Assembly: GCA_016866995.1 (NCBI GenBank)
Contig: VGKQ01000005.1
Coordinates: 1-53,092, forward strand
DNA length: 53,092 nt
Source: Candidatus Pacearchaeota archaeon
Lineage (GTDB): Archaea; Nanobdellota; Nanobdellia; Pacearchaeales; GW2011-AR1
Reading direction: 5' to 3'
In this document: positions 1 through 10,195 of the stretch, piece after piece
How positions within the stretch are numbered: position 1 is the stretch's first letter
Layout: each line of letters begins with the position of its first letter
Notes under the pieces: generated by a model
Seen by the model: only the letters and a program-made list of their open reading frames with translations
Told to the model about the DNA's origin: nothing
Databases searched by the model: none
Made by a program: the position numbers and the translations under genes

Positions 1-141
1 CTGTTCTCTCTTATCGCCCTCCTTTACGATCCATTTTATCTTTTTGGTATTTAGCTTTTTCATAAGCTCTTCTTGTTTATTAGAGCTTATGTGTGTTATC
101 GAGGTAACATTATTTCTGGATAACACACATAGCTCCAGCAT
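1..141 (-). CDS. 5' part of a gene running off the window (MLELCVLSRNNVTSITHISSNKQEELMKKLNTKKIKWIVKEGDKREQ...), function unknown
   Basis: Hand-translated open frame from ATG at 141 to the window edge; no diagnostic motif visible. Confidence 0.4.
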   Translation of the reverse strand, partial: MLELCVLSRNNVTSITHISSNKQEELMKKLNTKKIKWIVKEGDKREQ

Positions 142-178
142 CAGATAAGTTTATAAATCTTCATTTTTATTAATAAAA

Positions 179-1267
179 ATGATAGATTTAAATGATTTAA
201 AGAGATGGTCATATGAATTAAGATTTGATAATTCTGGAACTCTTACAAAAAGGGCTATTTCTAAAATAAAAAAATTTATTGCAATCCAAAGTTTTAAGCA
301 ATTAGGCAAAAACATTCTTTACCCAGATACTATAGGTATTGAATTGACAAATAGATGCAATTTAAGATGCATTGAATGCGCAAGAAACTATTGGGATGCT
401 CAAAAAAACAAATTTGGGGATATGTCTTTTGATTTTTTTGTAGATAAGGTAGAACCAATATTACACAAGGGTATGAATGTTCAAATTAATGGATATGGAG
501 AATCTTTGCTAAATAAAGATATATTCAAGATTTTAGATCGATGCAACAAAAAGGGTTGCTTCGTACAATTATATACTAATGGTTCTTTATTTACTCCAGA
601 AAATATTAAAAAATTAATGAGAGTAGATCAGATAGTTTTTTCTATAGACGGAATTGAGAGTTGCAAGAAAATAAGAGGGGTATCTTCTGAAAAAATATTT
701 GATAATATTCGACAGATTAATAAGATAAAAGCAAAGAAAAATCTCCTGTCTCCTACAATAGCCATAAATTTTTGTGCTATGAGAGATAATATTAAGGAAT
801 TACCCGGGCTTGTAAAGATAGCATCCACCCTAAAAATTGATTATTTCTCGGTAAGGCACCTAAATATTTATTCAAAAAATCTAATTTCACAGAGTTTACA
901 ACATAAAGATAATCTTCGGCTTGCTGAAAGGTACTTTAAAAAAGCTCAAGATATAGCAAAAAGAAATAAGCTTATTTTAAGTATTCCCCCGCTAGAAAAT
1001 AAATTTCTTTCTTGCACTAATCCATTCAATGTGGTCTGGATTAAATGGAATGGGGATGTAATTCCTTGTTGTTTAGGCATCGTTCATGAAAAAAATACAA
1101 TTAGTGTTGGTAATCTAAATAAATCTAGCTTTGATGAGATTTGGAATAATAATATGATTAATCATATAAGAAGAAGCTTGCTTGATAATAAAAATTTTCA
1201 TCCATATTGTGAGACTTGCCCTGAAAGATACTGTTGTCTTGAGTTTAATATACGGCACCTTAAATGA
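179..1267 (+). CDS. Radical SAM/SPASM-domain protein
   Basis: ELTNRCNLRCIEC (CxxxCxxC), GYGESLL, YTNG; C-terminal CTNPF...WNGDVIPCC...VGNL...IWN...CETC SPASM/twitch signature. Confidence 0.9.
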   Translation: MIDLNDLKRWSYELRFDNSGTLTKRAISKIKKFIAIQSFKQLGKNILYPDTIGIELTNRCNLRCIECARNYWDAQKNKFGDMSFDFFVDKVEPILHKGMNVQINGYGESLLNKDIFKILDRCNKKGCFVQLYTNGSLFTPENIKKLMRVDQIVFSIDGIESCKKIRGVSSEKIFDNIRQINKIKAKKNLLSPTIAINFCAMRDNIKELPGLVKIASTLKIDYFSVRHLNIYSKNLISQSLQHKDNLRLAERYFKKAQDIAKRNKLILSIPPLENKFLSCTNPFNVVWIKWNGDVIPCCLGIVHEKNTISVGNLNKSSFDEIWNNNMINHIRRSLLDNKNFHPYCETCPERYCCLEFNIRHLK

Positions 1268-1270
1268 ATT

Positions 1271-1414
1271 ATTTATATGCTTGTCAATTACAGCATCAAA
1301 CTCATGGTTTTTCCTGACATACTCATGCCCGTTTTTTCCAAGCTTTTCCCATTTATCATCTTTTAGCAGTATCGTCGCAGTTAGTTTATTTATGCATTTT
1401 TCTATGAATTTTAT
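1271..1414 (-). pseudogene. Remnant C-terminal helices of a GT4 glycosyltransferase
   Basis: Frame with no ATG, preceded by an in-frame TAG, reads ...TILLKDDKWEKLGKNGHEYVRKNHEFDAVIDKHI, matching the GT4 C-terminal pattern also seen in neighbouring GT4s. Confidence 0.55.
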
Positions 1415-1527
1415 CTAATCGCATTTTATATATTAATATAACCTTTCTGTTGAATATTAATAACAGAGTATTTCTTAATAGAATCTAATATCATTAATCT
1501 TATAAATGATATTTTTTATCCTGTTAT

Positions 1528-2664
1528 ATGAAGCATCTCTGCATAATTGAGCTAATGCCTATTCCCCAGACAATAGGAGGAGTTCCTACTCATATTCTTG
1601 AATTATCAAAAGCTCTTGCAAGAAAAGGCTGGAAAGTTTCAATAATTTCATCAAGAACAAGAGAAAAAAACAAGTTTAGAATTAAAGGAGTTGATTTTTA
1701 TCATACTGGAATTAATCACAGGAAAATTGAAGATTTTAAAGGACTCTGGAAGCCTGTTTATTTATTCTGGAGATTTTTCTTTGAGATTTTTTTTGTTCTT
1801 GACTTAATAAGATTAATTAGAAAGCTAAATCCAGATATAATAAATTCAGAGGGCTTGATTACTCATGCAATTCCTGCTGTTTTCTCAGGAAAAAGATTTG
1901 TCTGCACTGCCCATGGAATTCATTCAGATGGTTTCAGAAAACTTTACAAATTAAAGGGGCAGAATATATTTAGCATAATATTCTCTTCATTATACTACCC
2001 GCTTGAAGCTCTTTCTGCATCAAGGGCAGAAAGAGTTATCTGCCTCGGAAAAGATACTTTTGAATTTTACAGCAAGTTTGGAAAATGTATAATAATTCCA
2101 AACGGAATAGATGCAGAAAAATTCAAATTTAAAAAAGCAAGAAGAGGAAATAATTTGGTTTTTGTAGGCAGATTTACTCAGCAAAAAGCTCCTGATAAAT
2201 TAATTAGAGCGATGTCTTCTCTTCCAGAATATAATTTAGATATTATTGGCCTTGGCCCGCTGCAGGAAGAAGTGGAAAGATTATGCAGCGAGAGAAAAAA
2301 CTGCAGGATTCTTGGATATAAAACACAGGAACAGCTTCCTCAAATATTAAATAAAAAAAATTTTATTGTCATTCCTTCTGAGTTTGAGGGCCTGCCTATA
2401 GCAATGCTTGAGGCAATGGCTTGCGGATGCATTCCAATTGCAACAAAAGTTGGTGATATTGCAGATGTTATAAAAGATGGAAAGAATGGCTTTTTGCTTG
2501 AAAACAACAAGCCAGAAACAATTGTAAGAAAAATAAAATCAATAAAATCCAATCTTGAGGGAATAAGAAAAAATTCAGTCAAAACAGCTCTTGAATATTC
2601 ATGGGATAAAATTTCAGACAGATTTATAAATGTTTATGAAGAGGCAATAAATAATAAAAAATAA
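1528..2664 (+). CDS. GT4 (GT-B fold) glycosyltransferase
   Basis: GGVPTH N-terminal loop, IPNGID, FVGRF, PSEFEGLPIAMLEAMACG (EX7E). Confidence 0.93.
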   Translation: MKHLCIIELMPIPQTIGGVPTHILELSKALARKGWKVSIISSRTREKNKFRIKGVDFYHTGINHRKIEDFKGLWKPVYLFWRFFFEIFFVLDLIRLIRKLNPDIINSEGLITHAIPAVFSGKRFVCTAHGIHSDGFRKLYKLKGQNIFSIIFSSLYYPLEALSASRAERVICLGKDTFEFYSKFGKCIIIPNGIDAEKFKFKKARRGNNLVFVGRFTQQKAPDKLIRAMSSLPEYNLDIIGLGPLQEEVERLCSERKNCRILGYKTQEQLPQILNKKNFIVIPSEFEGLPIAMLEAMACGCIPIATKVGDIADVIKDGKNGFLLENNKPETIVRKIKSIKSNLEGIRKNSVKTALEYSWDKISDRFINVYEEAINNKK

Positions 2665-2679
2665 TCAATTAAATTATAG

Positions 2680-2795
2680 ACAAATCACACAAACCCAAAC
2701 CTTCGGTTTGGGCACGCTCATCACGAGCAATTTGGCGAGGCAAATATTTGTGCTTATATCGAGCCAGATTGCGAGCCGAGCGTGGTGTGATTTGT
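2680..2795. other. GC-rich structured intergenic element (three-way junction; REP/MITE-like or ncRNA)
   Basis: Perfect 11-bp terminal inverted repeat ACAAATCACAC/GTGTGATTTGT enclosing hairpin CCCAAACC-ttc-GGTTTGGG and a long arm CACGCTC...GCAATTTGGC...GCCAGATTGC...GAGCGTG. Confidence 0.7.
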
Positions 2796-2810
2796 GAAAT
2801 AAAAAATAAA

Positions 2811-4001
2811 ATGAATAAAAAATTGAAAATAGGCTTTCTTATAACTTATTTTTATCCATTTACAGGAGGAGCAGAATCTAACTGCCTGAATCTTGCCATT
2901 GAGCTTGTAAAAAAAGGGCACGAAATTCATATATTCACAAGCGACAGGAAAAATAACAAGATTATTGAAAATCTAAAAGAAGAGTATAAAGGAATAAAAA
3001 TTCACAGATACAGGACGTGGTTTAGATACAAATACTATTTTGCCTTTTATCCTTCAATTGTTGATATTCTTAGATATAATCTTGACATTCTTCATGTGCA
3101 TACTTTTGGAATTCCCCAGCAGGATTTAGTTATTTTGCTTGAAAAATTAAAAGGAACAAAGCTTGTCTGCACGCCACATGGCCCTTTTATGGCTTTAAAT
3201 GAATCAAGCTATTCAAAATCCGCGCTAATCTTAAAAAAAATCTACATGCCGCTTATAAAATTTGTAAACAAACGCTTTGATAGAGTTATAATGGTTAATC
3301 CTTATCAATATAGCTGGATGAAAAATTTTGGAGTTAAAAAAGAGCAGATAATTTTTGTGCCGAATGGAATACAAAAATCAACATTTAAAAAAATAAGCTT
3401 GAAAAAAATAAAGCAAGTGCAAAAAAAATACAAGCTAGAAGGAAAATTTATAATATCTTATCTTGGCAGAATTCAAAAATATAAAGGACTGGATCAGATA
3501 ATAAAAATAATGCCTAATTTGTTAAAAGTCAAAAAAAACATTGTTTTTCTTGTGATTGGCGAAGATGCAGGAGACTTGTTAAGGCTTCAAGAGATTATAA
3601 AAAAGCTCAAGATAGAAAATGTAATTTTTACAGGCAAAATTCCAGAGGACGAAAGAGAAGACATTCTTGCCTTGCTTGATATTTCAGAAATATTTGTCTT
3701 TCCAAGCGAGTGGGAGGCATTTGGCATAAGTTTAATTGAGGCAATGGCGCGAGAAAATGCAGTTATATCAACAGACACAGAAGGAAGCAAGTTTCTTGTT
3801 TCAAAAGAAAATGGATTTTTGTACAAGTTTAATAATTTAAAAAACCTTGAGAAATATATTAAAATCCTGCTGACAAATGACAAATTAAGGAGAAAAATGC
3901 AGAAAGAAAACCTTAAAAAAGCCCAAGCTTTCCTCTGGGAAAAGATTGCCGTCAAGTTAGAAAAAGTTTATGAGGAATTAAATAATAACCAAAGTTTTTA
4001 A
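2811..4001 (+). CDS. GT4 glycosyltransferase
   Basis: YPFTGGAE, VPNGI, YLGRIQKYKG, PSEWEAFGISLIEAMA; ATG 2811 preferred over the TTG start inside the structured element. Confidence 0.93.
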   Translation: MNKKLKIGFLITYFYPFTGGAESNCLNLAIELVKKGHEIHIFTSDRKNNKIIENLKEEYKGIKIHRYRTWFRYKYYFAFYPSIVDILRYNLDILHVHTFGIPQQDLVILLEKLKGTKLVCTPHGPFMALNESSYSKSALILKKIYMPLIKFVNKRFDRVIMVNPYQYSWMKNFGVKKEQIIFVPNGIQKSTFKKISLKKIKQVQKKYKLEGKFIISYLGRIQKYKGLDQIIKIMPNLLKVKKNIVFLVIGEDAGDLLRLQEIIKKLKIENVIFTGKIPEDEREDILALLDISEIFVFPSEWEAFGISLIEAMARENAVISTDTEGSKFLVSKENGFLYKFNNLKNLEKYIKILLTNDKLRRKMQKENLKKAQAFLWEKIAVKLEKVYEELNNNQSF

Positions 4002-4023
4002 ACACCACACATAATAAGATAAT

Positions 4024-5475
4024 ATGCCAAAAAAAATTCTTGTTGTAAATCTTGGAAGTAAAAAAGGAGAAACAGTCTCAAAAGATGTGCTTTATGGTGC
4101 ATGGTGCAGGGGCAGAAAAGTGGGATTAATGGAATATCCTCCGCTTCCATTGCTTTATATAAATACGCTTCTGAATAAAAATGGATTTGAAACAGTATTT
4201 CTTGATGCGCAAGGCGAGAAAATAAGCCATTCCCAATTATTCAAGAAATTTGACTGGAAAAAAATAGATTATATTATTACTCAGACTGCAACAATGACTT
4301 TTAATGATGATATTGAATTGATGTCTGAAATAAAAAAGAAAAATCCTCAACTAAAAATAATTGTTTTTGGTTCTCATGTTACTTTTTTGCCTCAAAAAAG
4401 CTTGGAAAACAATGTGATTGATTTTGTTGTCAGAAGAGAGCCGGAATTTCCAATATTAAATCTAATTAAAGTGCTTAATTCAAAAAAAGATTTTAGCAGA
4501 ATAAAAGGAATAGCATTCAAAAAAGGGAAAAAATATATAATAAATCCTTTTGATGAGCATATGGACTTGAGTCAGCTGCCTTATCCTGACAGAGAGCCTA
4601 TATTTCATATAAATTATTACAATCCGCTTGTAAAATATAAAAACTGGACTACTGTGGAAACAACACGCGGATGCCCTTCAAAATGCACTTTCTGCACTGC
4701 TCCTTATTTTTTTGGAATAAAAATAAGAAGAAGAAGTAATGATTCAATACTTGAAGAATTAAAATATCTGAAAAAAAGAGGATATCAAGAAGTCTGGTTC
4801 AGGGATGAAATTTTTACTTTTGACAGGGAAAGAGTAAGAGAAATCTGCACAAGAATGATTAATGATAAATTAAAATTAAAATGGATATGCAATGGAAAAA
4901 TTGGTATGCTTGATAAAGAGACAATGATGCTGATGAAAAAAGCAGGTTGCAGGGTAATATTATTTGGAGTGGAATCCGGAGATCAGAAAATTTTGAATAA
5001 TATTAAGAAAGGTATAACCCTTGAAAAAGTAAGAGAAACTTTTAAATGGGCAAAGGAAGCAAAAATTGAAACCCATGCCCATTTTATGATAGGAAATCCC
5101 GGAGATAACAGGGAAACAGTCGAGAAAACAATCAAATTTGCAAAAGAAATAGATCCAGACACTGTTGCTTTTGGAATACTCACTGTTTATCCTGGTACAG
5201 AATTATTTGACACATTAAAAGGCAAGTTGAAAGATTATGATGGCACTCAGGCGAATATTGAGGTTCTTCATATAAAAAGTTTCAACAATGAGATGTTTAC
5301 TGATTTGTCTGCAGCAGAAATAGAAGAATATCTTATAAAAGCATATCAGTCTTTTTACATGAGGCCCAGATATATTATTAAGCAATTTTTTGGAATACGC
5401 TCTGTCAAGGAAGCTTATTCTCTGTTTAAATCAGGAATTGCAGTTTTCCTTTTAGTTTTACAGGGAAAAAATTAA
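4024..5475 (+). CDS. B12-binding-domain radical SAM protein (BchE/HpnJ-like)
   Basis: N-terminal YPPLPLL...FGSHVT B12-type domain; TTRGCPSKCTFC; FGVESG, FMIGNPG, VYPGT; C-terminal YQSFYMRP. Confidence 0.88.
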   Translation: MPKKILVVNLGSKKGETVSKDVLYGAWCRGRKVGLMEYPPLPLLYINTLLNKNGFETVFLDAQGEKISHSQLFKKFDWKKIDYIITQTATMTFNDDIELMSEIKKKNPQLKIIVFGSHVTFLPQKSLENNVIDFVVRREPEFPILNLIKVLNSKKDFSRIKGIAFKKGKKYIINPFDEHMDLSQLPYPDREPIFHINYYNPLVKYKNWTTVETTRGCPSKCTFCTAPYFFGIKIRRRSNDSILEELKYLKKRGYQEVWFRDEIFTFDRERVREICTRMINDKLKLKWICNGKIGMLDKETMMLMKKAGCRVILFGVESGDQKILNNIKKGITLEKVRETFKWAKEAKIETHAHFMIGNPGDNRETVEKTIKFAKEIDPDTVAFGILTVYPGTELFDTLKGKLKDYDGTQANIEVLHIKSFNNEMFTDLSAAEIEEYLIKAYQSFYMRPRYIIKQFFGIRSVKEAYSLFKSGIAVFLLVLQGKN

Positions 5476-5476
5476 T

Positions 5477-6184
5477 ATGAAATATTCTATAGTGCTGCCA
5501 GCATATAATGAGCAAAAAAGAATTGGAATTTTTTTAGAAGAGCTAATACTATTTTGCAGGAAAAAATTGAAAGATTTTGAAATCATTATTGTTAATGATG
5601 GAAGCACAGATAATACTCTTGATGTTTTGAAAAAATACAGAAAAAAAATCAAGATTATTTCATATTCAATAAACAAAGGAAAAGGATATGCTGTTAAAAC
5701 CGGAATGCTTGCTGCAAAAGGCGACAAAATTGTTTTTTTGGACTCAGATGGAGCATATCCTCCAGAAAACATTTTAAAGATATTTTCCGCTCTTGAAAAT
5801 TATGATGTTGCAGCAGGCACAAAGCGCTCAAAAGATTCAAGATGGTACTCTTCCGAGCCTTTTCTGAGAAAATTAATGAGCTTTGTTTATAATGCATTTA
5901 TTATTATGCTTTTCAGAGAGAGAATTTGGGATGCTGGCTGCGGGATAAAAGGATTCAGGAAAAATGCTGCCAGATATCTTGCTTCAAATCTCATTTCAGC
6001 AGGATGGACTTTTGATGTGGAATTAATGGTAAGAGCTTACAGAAAAAAATATAAGATAAAAAGGATTCCTGTCAGTCTCTATTCAGTTAAAGGCTCAAAG
6101 CTGAAAATTGTAGACCCTTTGAAAATGACCTTGAACATAATAAAATTAAAATATCTTCTTGATATAAAAAATGGCAGAATTTAA
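5477..6184 (+). CDS. GT2 polyprenol-phosphate glycosyltransferase (DPG/DPM synthase-like)
   Basis: SIVLPAYNE, VNDGSTD, NKGKGYAV, FLDSDG, DAGCGIKGF, WTFDVE. Confidence 0.9.
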   Translation: MKYSIVLPAYNEQKRIGIFLEELILFCRKKLKDFEIIIVNDGSTDNTLDVLKKYRKKIKIISYSINKGKGYAVKTGMLAAKGDKIVFLDSDGAYPPENILKIFSALENYDVAAGTKRSKDSRWYSSEPFLRKLMSFVYNAFIIMLFRERIWDAGCGIKGFRKNAARYLASNLISAGWTFDVELMVRAYRKKYKIKRIPVSLYSVKGSKLKIVDPLKMTLNIIKLKYLLDIKNGRI

Positions 6185-7658
6185 TTTTTCCCGCGAAAAT
6201 ACTTTACTTGTAATATTATTTATAATTTATCTTGCAATTTCATTCATTATTGGATTTTCACATCCGTTTTTGCTTGATGAAGGATTATATGCGCAATTTT
6301 CAAAGGCAGTAGCAGAGAACAAGCTAAATGAAGTTGTGTCAAGCATGGGAAGCTCAATGGGCCATCCTCCTCTTAATATTTTTATCAATGCTTTTTTCAT
6401 CAAGCTTTTTGGATATTCAGAGTTTTCAATGAGAATTCTTGTTATTCTTTCAGTAATAATCTTGTTTCCAGCATCATACTTCCTTGCGCGCCAGATTGGA
6501 TTTAGCAAAATAATCTCAGGCTTCTTTGCATTTCTTCTTTCATTATCTTTTCCTATTCTGAAACTGGCGCATTTTGCAATGACAGATGTGCCCGCTTTGC
6601 TTTTTATGTTATTAAGCTTTCTTTTCTTTTTAAAATACGAAAAAAACAAAAACTACTTGCTGCTTGGAGCATTATTCTGCATAATAGGATTTTTTTTCAA
6701 GCAGTATGTAATTGCCACTTCAATTTTAATCCCATATTTTTTTATAAAACAAAGAAAATTTAACTGGCAGATTATTGCTTCATGTTTGATTATTGCAATT
6801 CCATTATTTTCATGGCTGCTGTTCAACTCACATTTTTACGGCTCTTCAAAACTAGTTTCCTCTTATATAGAGCTTCAGTTTAATCCTTTAATCATGTTAA
6901 AAAAATTTGCATGGCTTCTATATATTCTTGGATTTTTTACATTTCCTTTTCTTCCATTTTTTATATCAAAAAAATCATTTAAATATTCCTGGCTTCTTAT
7001 TCTCCTTATCCCTCTTGCATTTATCTCTATAGAATTTCTTGGCTCTTCTGCAAATCCGGGCGGATACTCAATTCATGGAAGGATTCCTCTTTTTTATCAT
7101 ATTCTTCCATGGAAAATCTATCTTGCTCTTTGTTTTATCTTTTTTATTAGCCTTCTTCTGTTTATTTCAAAGCTTAATTTTTTCAGAAACAAGGAGATTT
7201 TTCTTGTTCTTGCTTCTTTTCTGATTATTTTATCATTCAGCTACAAGGCATCAGGAGGAATTTCAATAGTTGATATAAGGCACACAATTTTTCTTCTTCC
7301 TTTTATTCTGCTTCTTGCATTCAGGTTTGTAAAAATAAATTTTTATTTTTTCTTGATGTCAGCAGGAATCATAATTTATTCTGCTCTCTGGACACTCGCA
7401 CTTATTGCAACAGCAAATTCAGGATATAATGCTTCAATGTTTATTAATCAGAATATTTCCTCTGCGTTTTATGCAATGCCCCCCCTGCTTTACACAAACA
7501 ATATAAGCGTAAAAAATATTTCAGATGCAGAATACATCGTGACAGGCGAGGGCTTTTCAAGTTACAATTTGCTTGAAAACTGCACAATAATAAAAAATTT
7601 TGATTCCAAGCTTTTTGGATTTACAATAGCAAAAAGGTTTATATGTAAAAGACAATAA
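6171..7658 (+). CDS. GT-C fold multi-TM glycosyltransferase (ArnT/PMT-like)
   Basis: LLDEGLY first-loop DE motif, HPPL, SEFSMR, MTD, many TM segments. Confidence 0.82.
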   Translation: MAEFNFSRENTLLVILFIIYLAISFIIGFSHPFLLDEGLYAQFSKAVAENKLNEVVSSMGSSMGHPPLNIFINAFFIKLFGYSEFSMRILVILSVIILFPASYFLARQIGFSKIISGFFAFLLSLSFPILKLAHFAMTDVPALLFMLLSFLFFLKYEKNKNYLLLGALFCIIGFFFKQYVIATSILIPYFFIKQRKFNWQIIASCLIIAIPLFSWLLFNSHFYGSSKLVSSYIELQFNPLIMLKKFAWLLYILGFFTFPFLPFFISKKSFKYSWLLILLIPLAFISIEFLGSSANPGGYSIHGRIPLFYHILPWKIYLALCFIFFISLLLFISKLNFFRNKEIFLVLASFLIILSFSYKASGGISIVDIRHTIFLLPFILLLAFRFVKINFYFFLMSAGIIIYSALWTLALIATANSGYNASMFINQNISSAFYAMPPLLYTNNISVKNISDAEYIVTGEGFSSYNLLENCTIIKNFDSKLFGFTIAKRFICKRQ

Positions 7659-8365
7659 TGATAAATATGGAAACCTCTAAACTTAGCAAAATTTGGAACA
7701 AGCATGCAAATCAAGAAAAAAGCAAAAACTATGATTTCAGCCTTAAAAATATAAAAAAATCAGATGATTTCAATACTCAATGGCTTCTTAAACTTTCAAG
7801 GCAAAAAAAAGGAAAAAAGCTTCTTGATGCTGGCTGTGGAATTGGTTATTTTGTTACAATGGCAAGAAATCTAGGATTAAAAGCAGAAGGCATAGATATT
7901 TCTCCTGAAGCAGTAAAAATAGCAAAAAAAAGAGGAGAAAAAGTAATTCTAGGAGATTTGAGAAAAATGTCATTCAAAAGCAGAAGCTTTGACATTGTTC
8001 TTGCAGAAGGCTCAATTGAGCATTTCCCAGAAACAGAGAAGGCAATGAGTGAAATATCTAGAATTCTCAAGAAAAATGGCATTTTTATTGGAAATGTTCC
8101 CAATAAATTTACAATATTCACTATAACCAAGATTATCCAGCAGATATTTGGGATTTGGAAATGCGGTTATGAAAAATCATTCACAAAATCAAGAATAAAA
8201 AATCTCCTTGAAAAAGATTTTAGGACAATTGAGATGAAAAAATCAAAAATAGCAATTGGAACTCAGCATCCAATACTAACAAGAATAATTAGGGAAATTG
8301 ACTCTTTTTTAATGCTTTTTGGATTAGGAGGAGCTCATCATTATTTTTATTGTATAAAAAAGTAA
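7658..8365 (+). CDS. Class I SAM-dependent methyltransferase
   Basis: LLDAGCGIG, GIDIS, SFDIV...IEHF, RILKKNG. Confidence 0.9.
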   Translation: MINMETSKLSKIWNKHANQEKSKNYDFSLKNIKKSDDFNTQWLLKLSRQKKGKKLLDAGCGIGYFVTMARNLGLKAEGIDISPEAVKIAKKRGEKVILGDLRKMSFKSRSFDIVLAEGSIEHFPETEKAMSEISRILKKNGIFIGNVPNKFTIFTITKIIQQIFGIWKCGYEKSFTKSRIKNLLEKDFRTIEMKKSKIAIGTQHPILTRIIREIDSFLMLFGLGGAHHYFYCIKK

Positions 8366-8445
8366 AAATAAACAAAAAATACCAAAATGAAAAAATTAAA
8401 AATAAATTATATGCAAGAAACTATAAATGTCTTGCTGGATAAAAT

Positions 8446-9594
8446 ATGAAAATAGCATTCGTGACAGAATTTTACAAGCCAGCAATAGGCGGAGTCACAA
8501 AAATGGTTGAAGAAATTGGGACAAGGCTGGCAAAACACGGGCATGAGGTTCATATATTCTGCTCAGACTGGGACAAAGAAAAAAGAATTAAGAAAAAAGA
8601 AGAAATTATTGATGGCATTCATATTCACAGATGCTTTCATATTGCAAGATTTGTGAATTTTATAACTCTCTGGCCCTCCATTTTTTTCCGGCTGTTAAAA
8701 GAAGATTTTGATATTATTCATACTCAGGAAACAGGGCATCCCCACGTATTTCTTGCAGCTCTGGCTGCGAAAATATCAGGAGCAAAACATTTTCATACTA
8801 CCCATTGTCCATGGACATCAAGCTTCCGCTCATTATTTGGCAGGATAATACTTCCTATAGATTATCATGTTTTTATGAGAATATCATATGCTCTTTCTGA
8901 CAAAATTATAGCAATAACTCCCTGGGAGCTTGATTTTATTAAAAAATACGGAGGAAAAAAAGAAAAAATAGAAATAATTCCTAATGGAGTTGATAATCTT
9001 CTCTTCAAAAAATTGAAAAATGATTTCAAAAAAAGAAATAAAATTAATGGAAAAATGGTTTTATATTTTGGCAGATTAAATATTACAAAAGGCCCTGACA
9101 AGTTTGTTCTTGCAGCCCGCGAGATATTGAAGCAAAGAAGAGACATATTTTTTGTAATTCGCGGGCCTGATGAAGGCATGAGAGAAACAGTGAGAAAAAT
9201 GATTGAAAATGAAAAAAATATTCTCTTGCTATCTGAAACTCGCGACAAGGAGGAAGTTGCAAAGACATATCAAGCAGCAGATATATTTGTTCTGCCAAGT
9301 TTTAGGGAGGGGCTTCCATTAACATTATTTGAGGCAATGGCTTGCGGTCTGCCAATAGTTGCATCTCCTGTCAATGGAGTTCCATACGAAATGAACAAAG
9401 AAAATGGATTTTTTGTGAATTATGGAGATATAAAAAAATTGAAAGAAAAAATAATTTTTCTTATTGATAATCCAAAAATTGCAGGAAAATTATCTGAAAA
9501 TAATGTAAAAAAAGCTAAAAATTATACTTGGGATGCGATAGCAAAAAAATATCTAAGATTATACAATGAAACAAGACAAGAAATCAGAGATTGA
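8446..9594 (+). CDS. GT4 glycosyltransferase
   Basis: PAIGGV, IPNGVD, YFGRL, PSFREGLPLTLFEAMACG. Confidence 0.93.
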   Translation: MKIAFVTEFYKPAIGGVTKMVEEIGTRLAKHGHEVHIFCSDWDKEKRIKKKEEIIDGIHIHRCFHIARFVNFITLWPSIFFRLLKEDFDIIHTQETGHPHVFLAALAAKISGAKHFHTTHCPWTSSFRSLFGRIILPIDYHVFMRISYALSDKIIAITPWELDFIKKYGGKKEKIEIIPNGVDNLLFKKLKNDFKKRNKINGKMVLYFGRLNITKGPDKFVLAAREILKQRRDIFFVIRGPDEGMRETVRKMIENEKNILLLSETRDKEEVAKTYQAADIFVLPSFREGLPLTLFEAMACGLPIVASPVNGVPYEMNKENGFFVNYGDIKKLKEKIIFLIDNPKIAGKLSENNVKKAKNYTWDAIAKKYLRLYNETRQEIRD

Positions 9595-10195
9595 ATTAAC
9601 ACAACGCGGCCTGAGTCTAGATGAAGCTGTAAAAATAGAGAAAAATATGGCAAAAAACTTCGAAAATTTTGATCTATACTTCAATCTTTTTCAGGAAAAG
9701 ATTTATCCTAGAAAAAAAGACAAGATTATTGATGTTTGCTGCGGCGGCGGATATTTTACATCTCTTATTCATAAAAAACATAAAAACATTTCCGGCTTTG
9801 ACTTATCTCCATTCTCAATTAAAATAGCAAGAACAGCATTTCCAAAAATAAAATTCTTTGTTTCAGATGCAGAAAAAATAAATCTTCCTTCAAGCTCACA
9901 GGACATAATTTTTGTCTCGAACGCTCTTCATCATTTTCCAGACTTGACAAAAGTATCAAAAGAATTTTCAAGAATTTTAAAGAAAAATGGAAAAGTTTTT
10001 GCAATTGAGCCCAATTTATACAATCCTATAACAATTTTCAGAGAATTTATTGGAAAAATAAAAGGAGAAAAATCAAAAAATGAATATCCTCTTTCATCCA
10101 GCAGAGTAAAAAAAGCATTTTCAAAATACTTTAATGTCAAGATATCTTATTTTAGGCTTTTTACAAAACTTGTAATAGTCATGGAGAAAAAATAG
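9566..10195 (+). CDS. Class I SAM-dependent methyltransferase
   Basis: IIDVCCGGG, GFDLS, ALHHF, RILKKNG...EPN. Confidence 0.88.
   Translation: MKQDKKSEIELTQRGLSLDEAVKIEKNMAKNFENFDLYFNLFQEKIYPRKKDKIIDVCCGGGYFTSLIHKKHKNISGFDLSPFSIKIARTAFPKIKFFVSDAEKINLPSSSQDIIFVSNALHHFPDLTKVSKEFSRILKKNGKVFAIEPNLYNPITIFREFIGKIKGEKSKNEYPLSSSRVKKAFSKYFNVKISYFRLFTKLVIVMEKK

Noticed and set aside
2718-2724. C-box-like GTGATGA on the minus strand of the structured element
   Set aside because: No matching D box (CTGA) or guide arrangement seen
8387-8449. 20-aa mini-ORF overlapping the GT4 start by ATGA
   Set aside because: Not coupled to the upstream stop, and the region contains a TATA-like box about 25 nt before the GT4 ATG, so a promoter explains it
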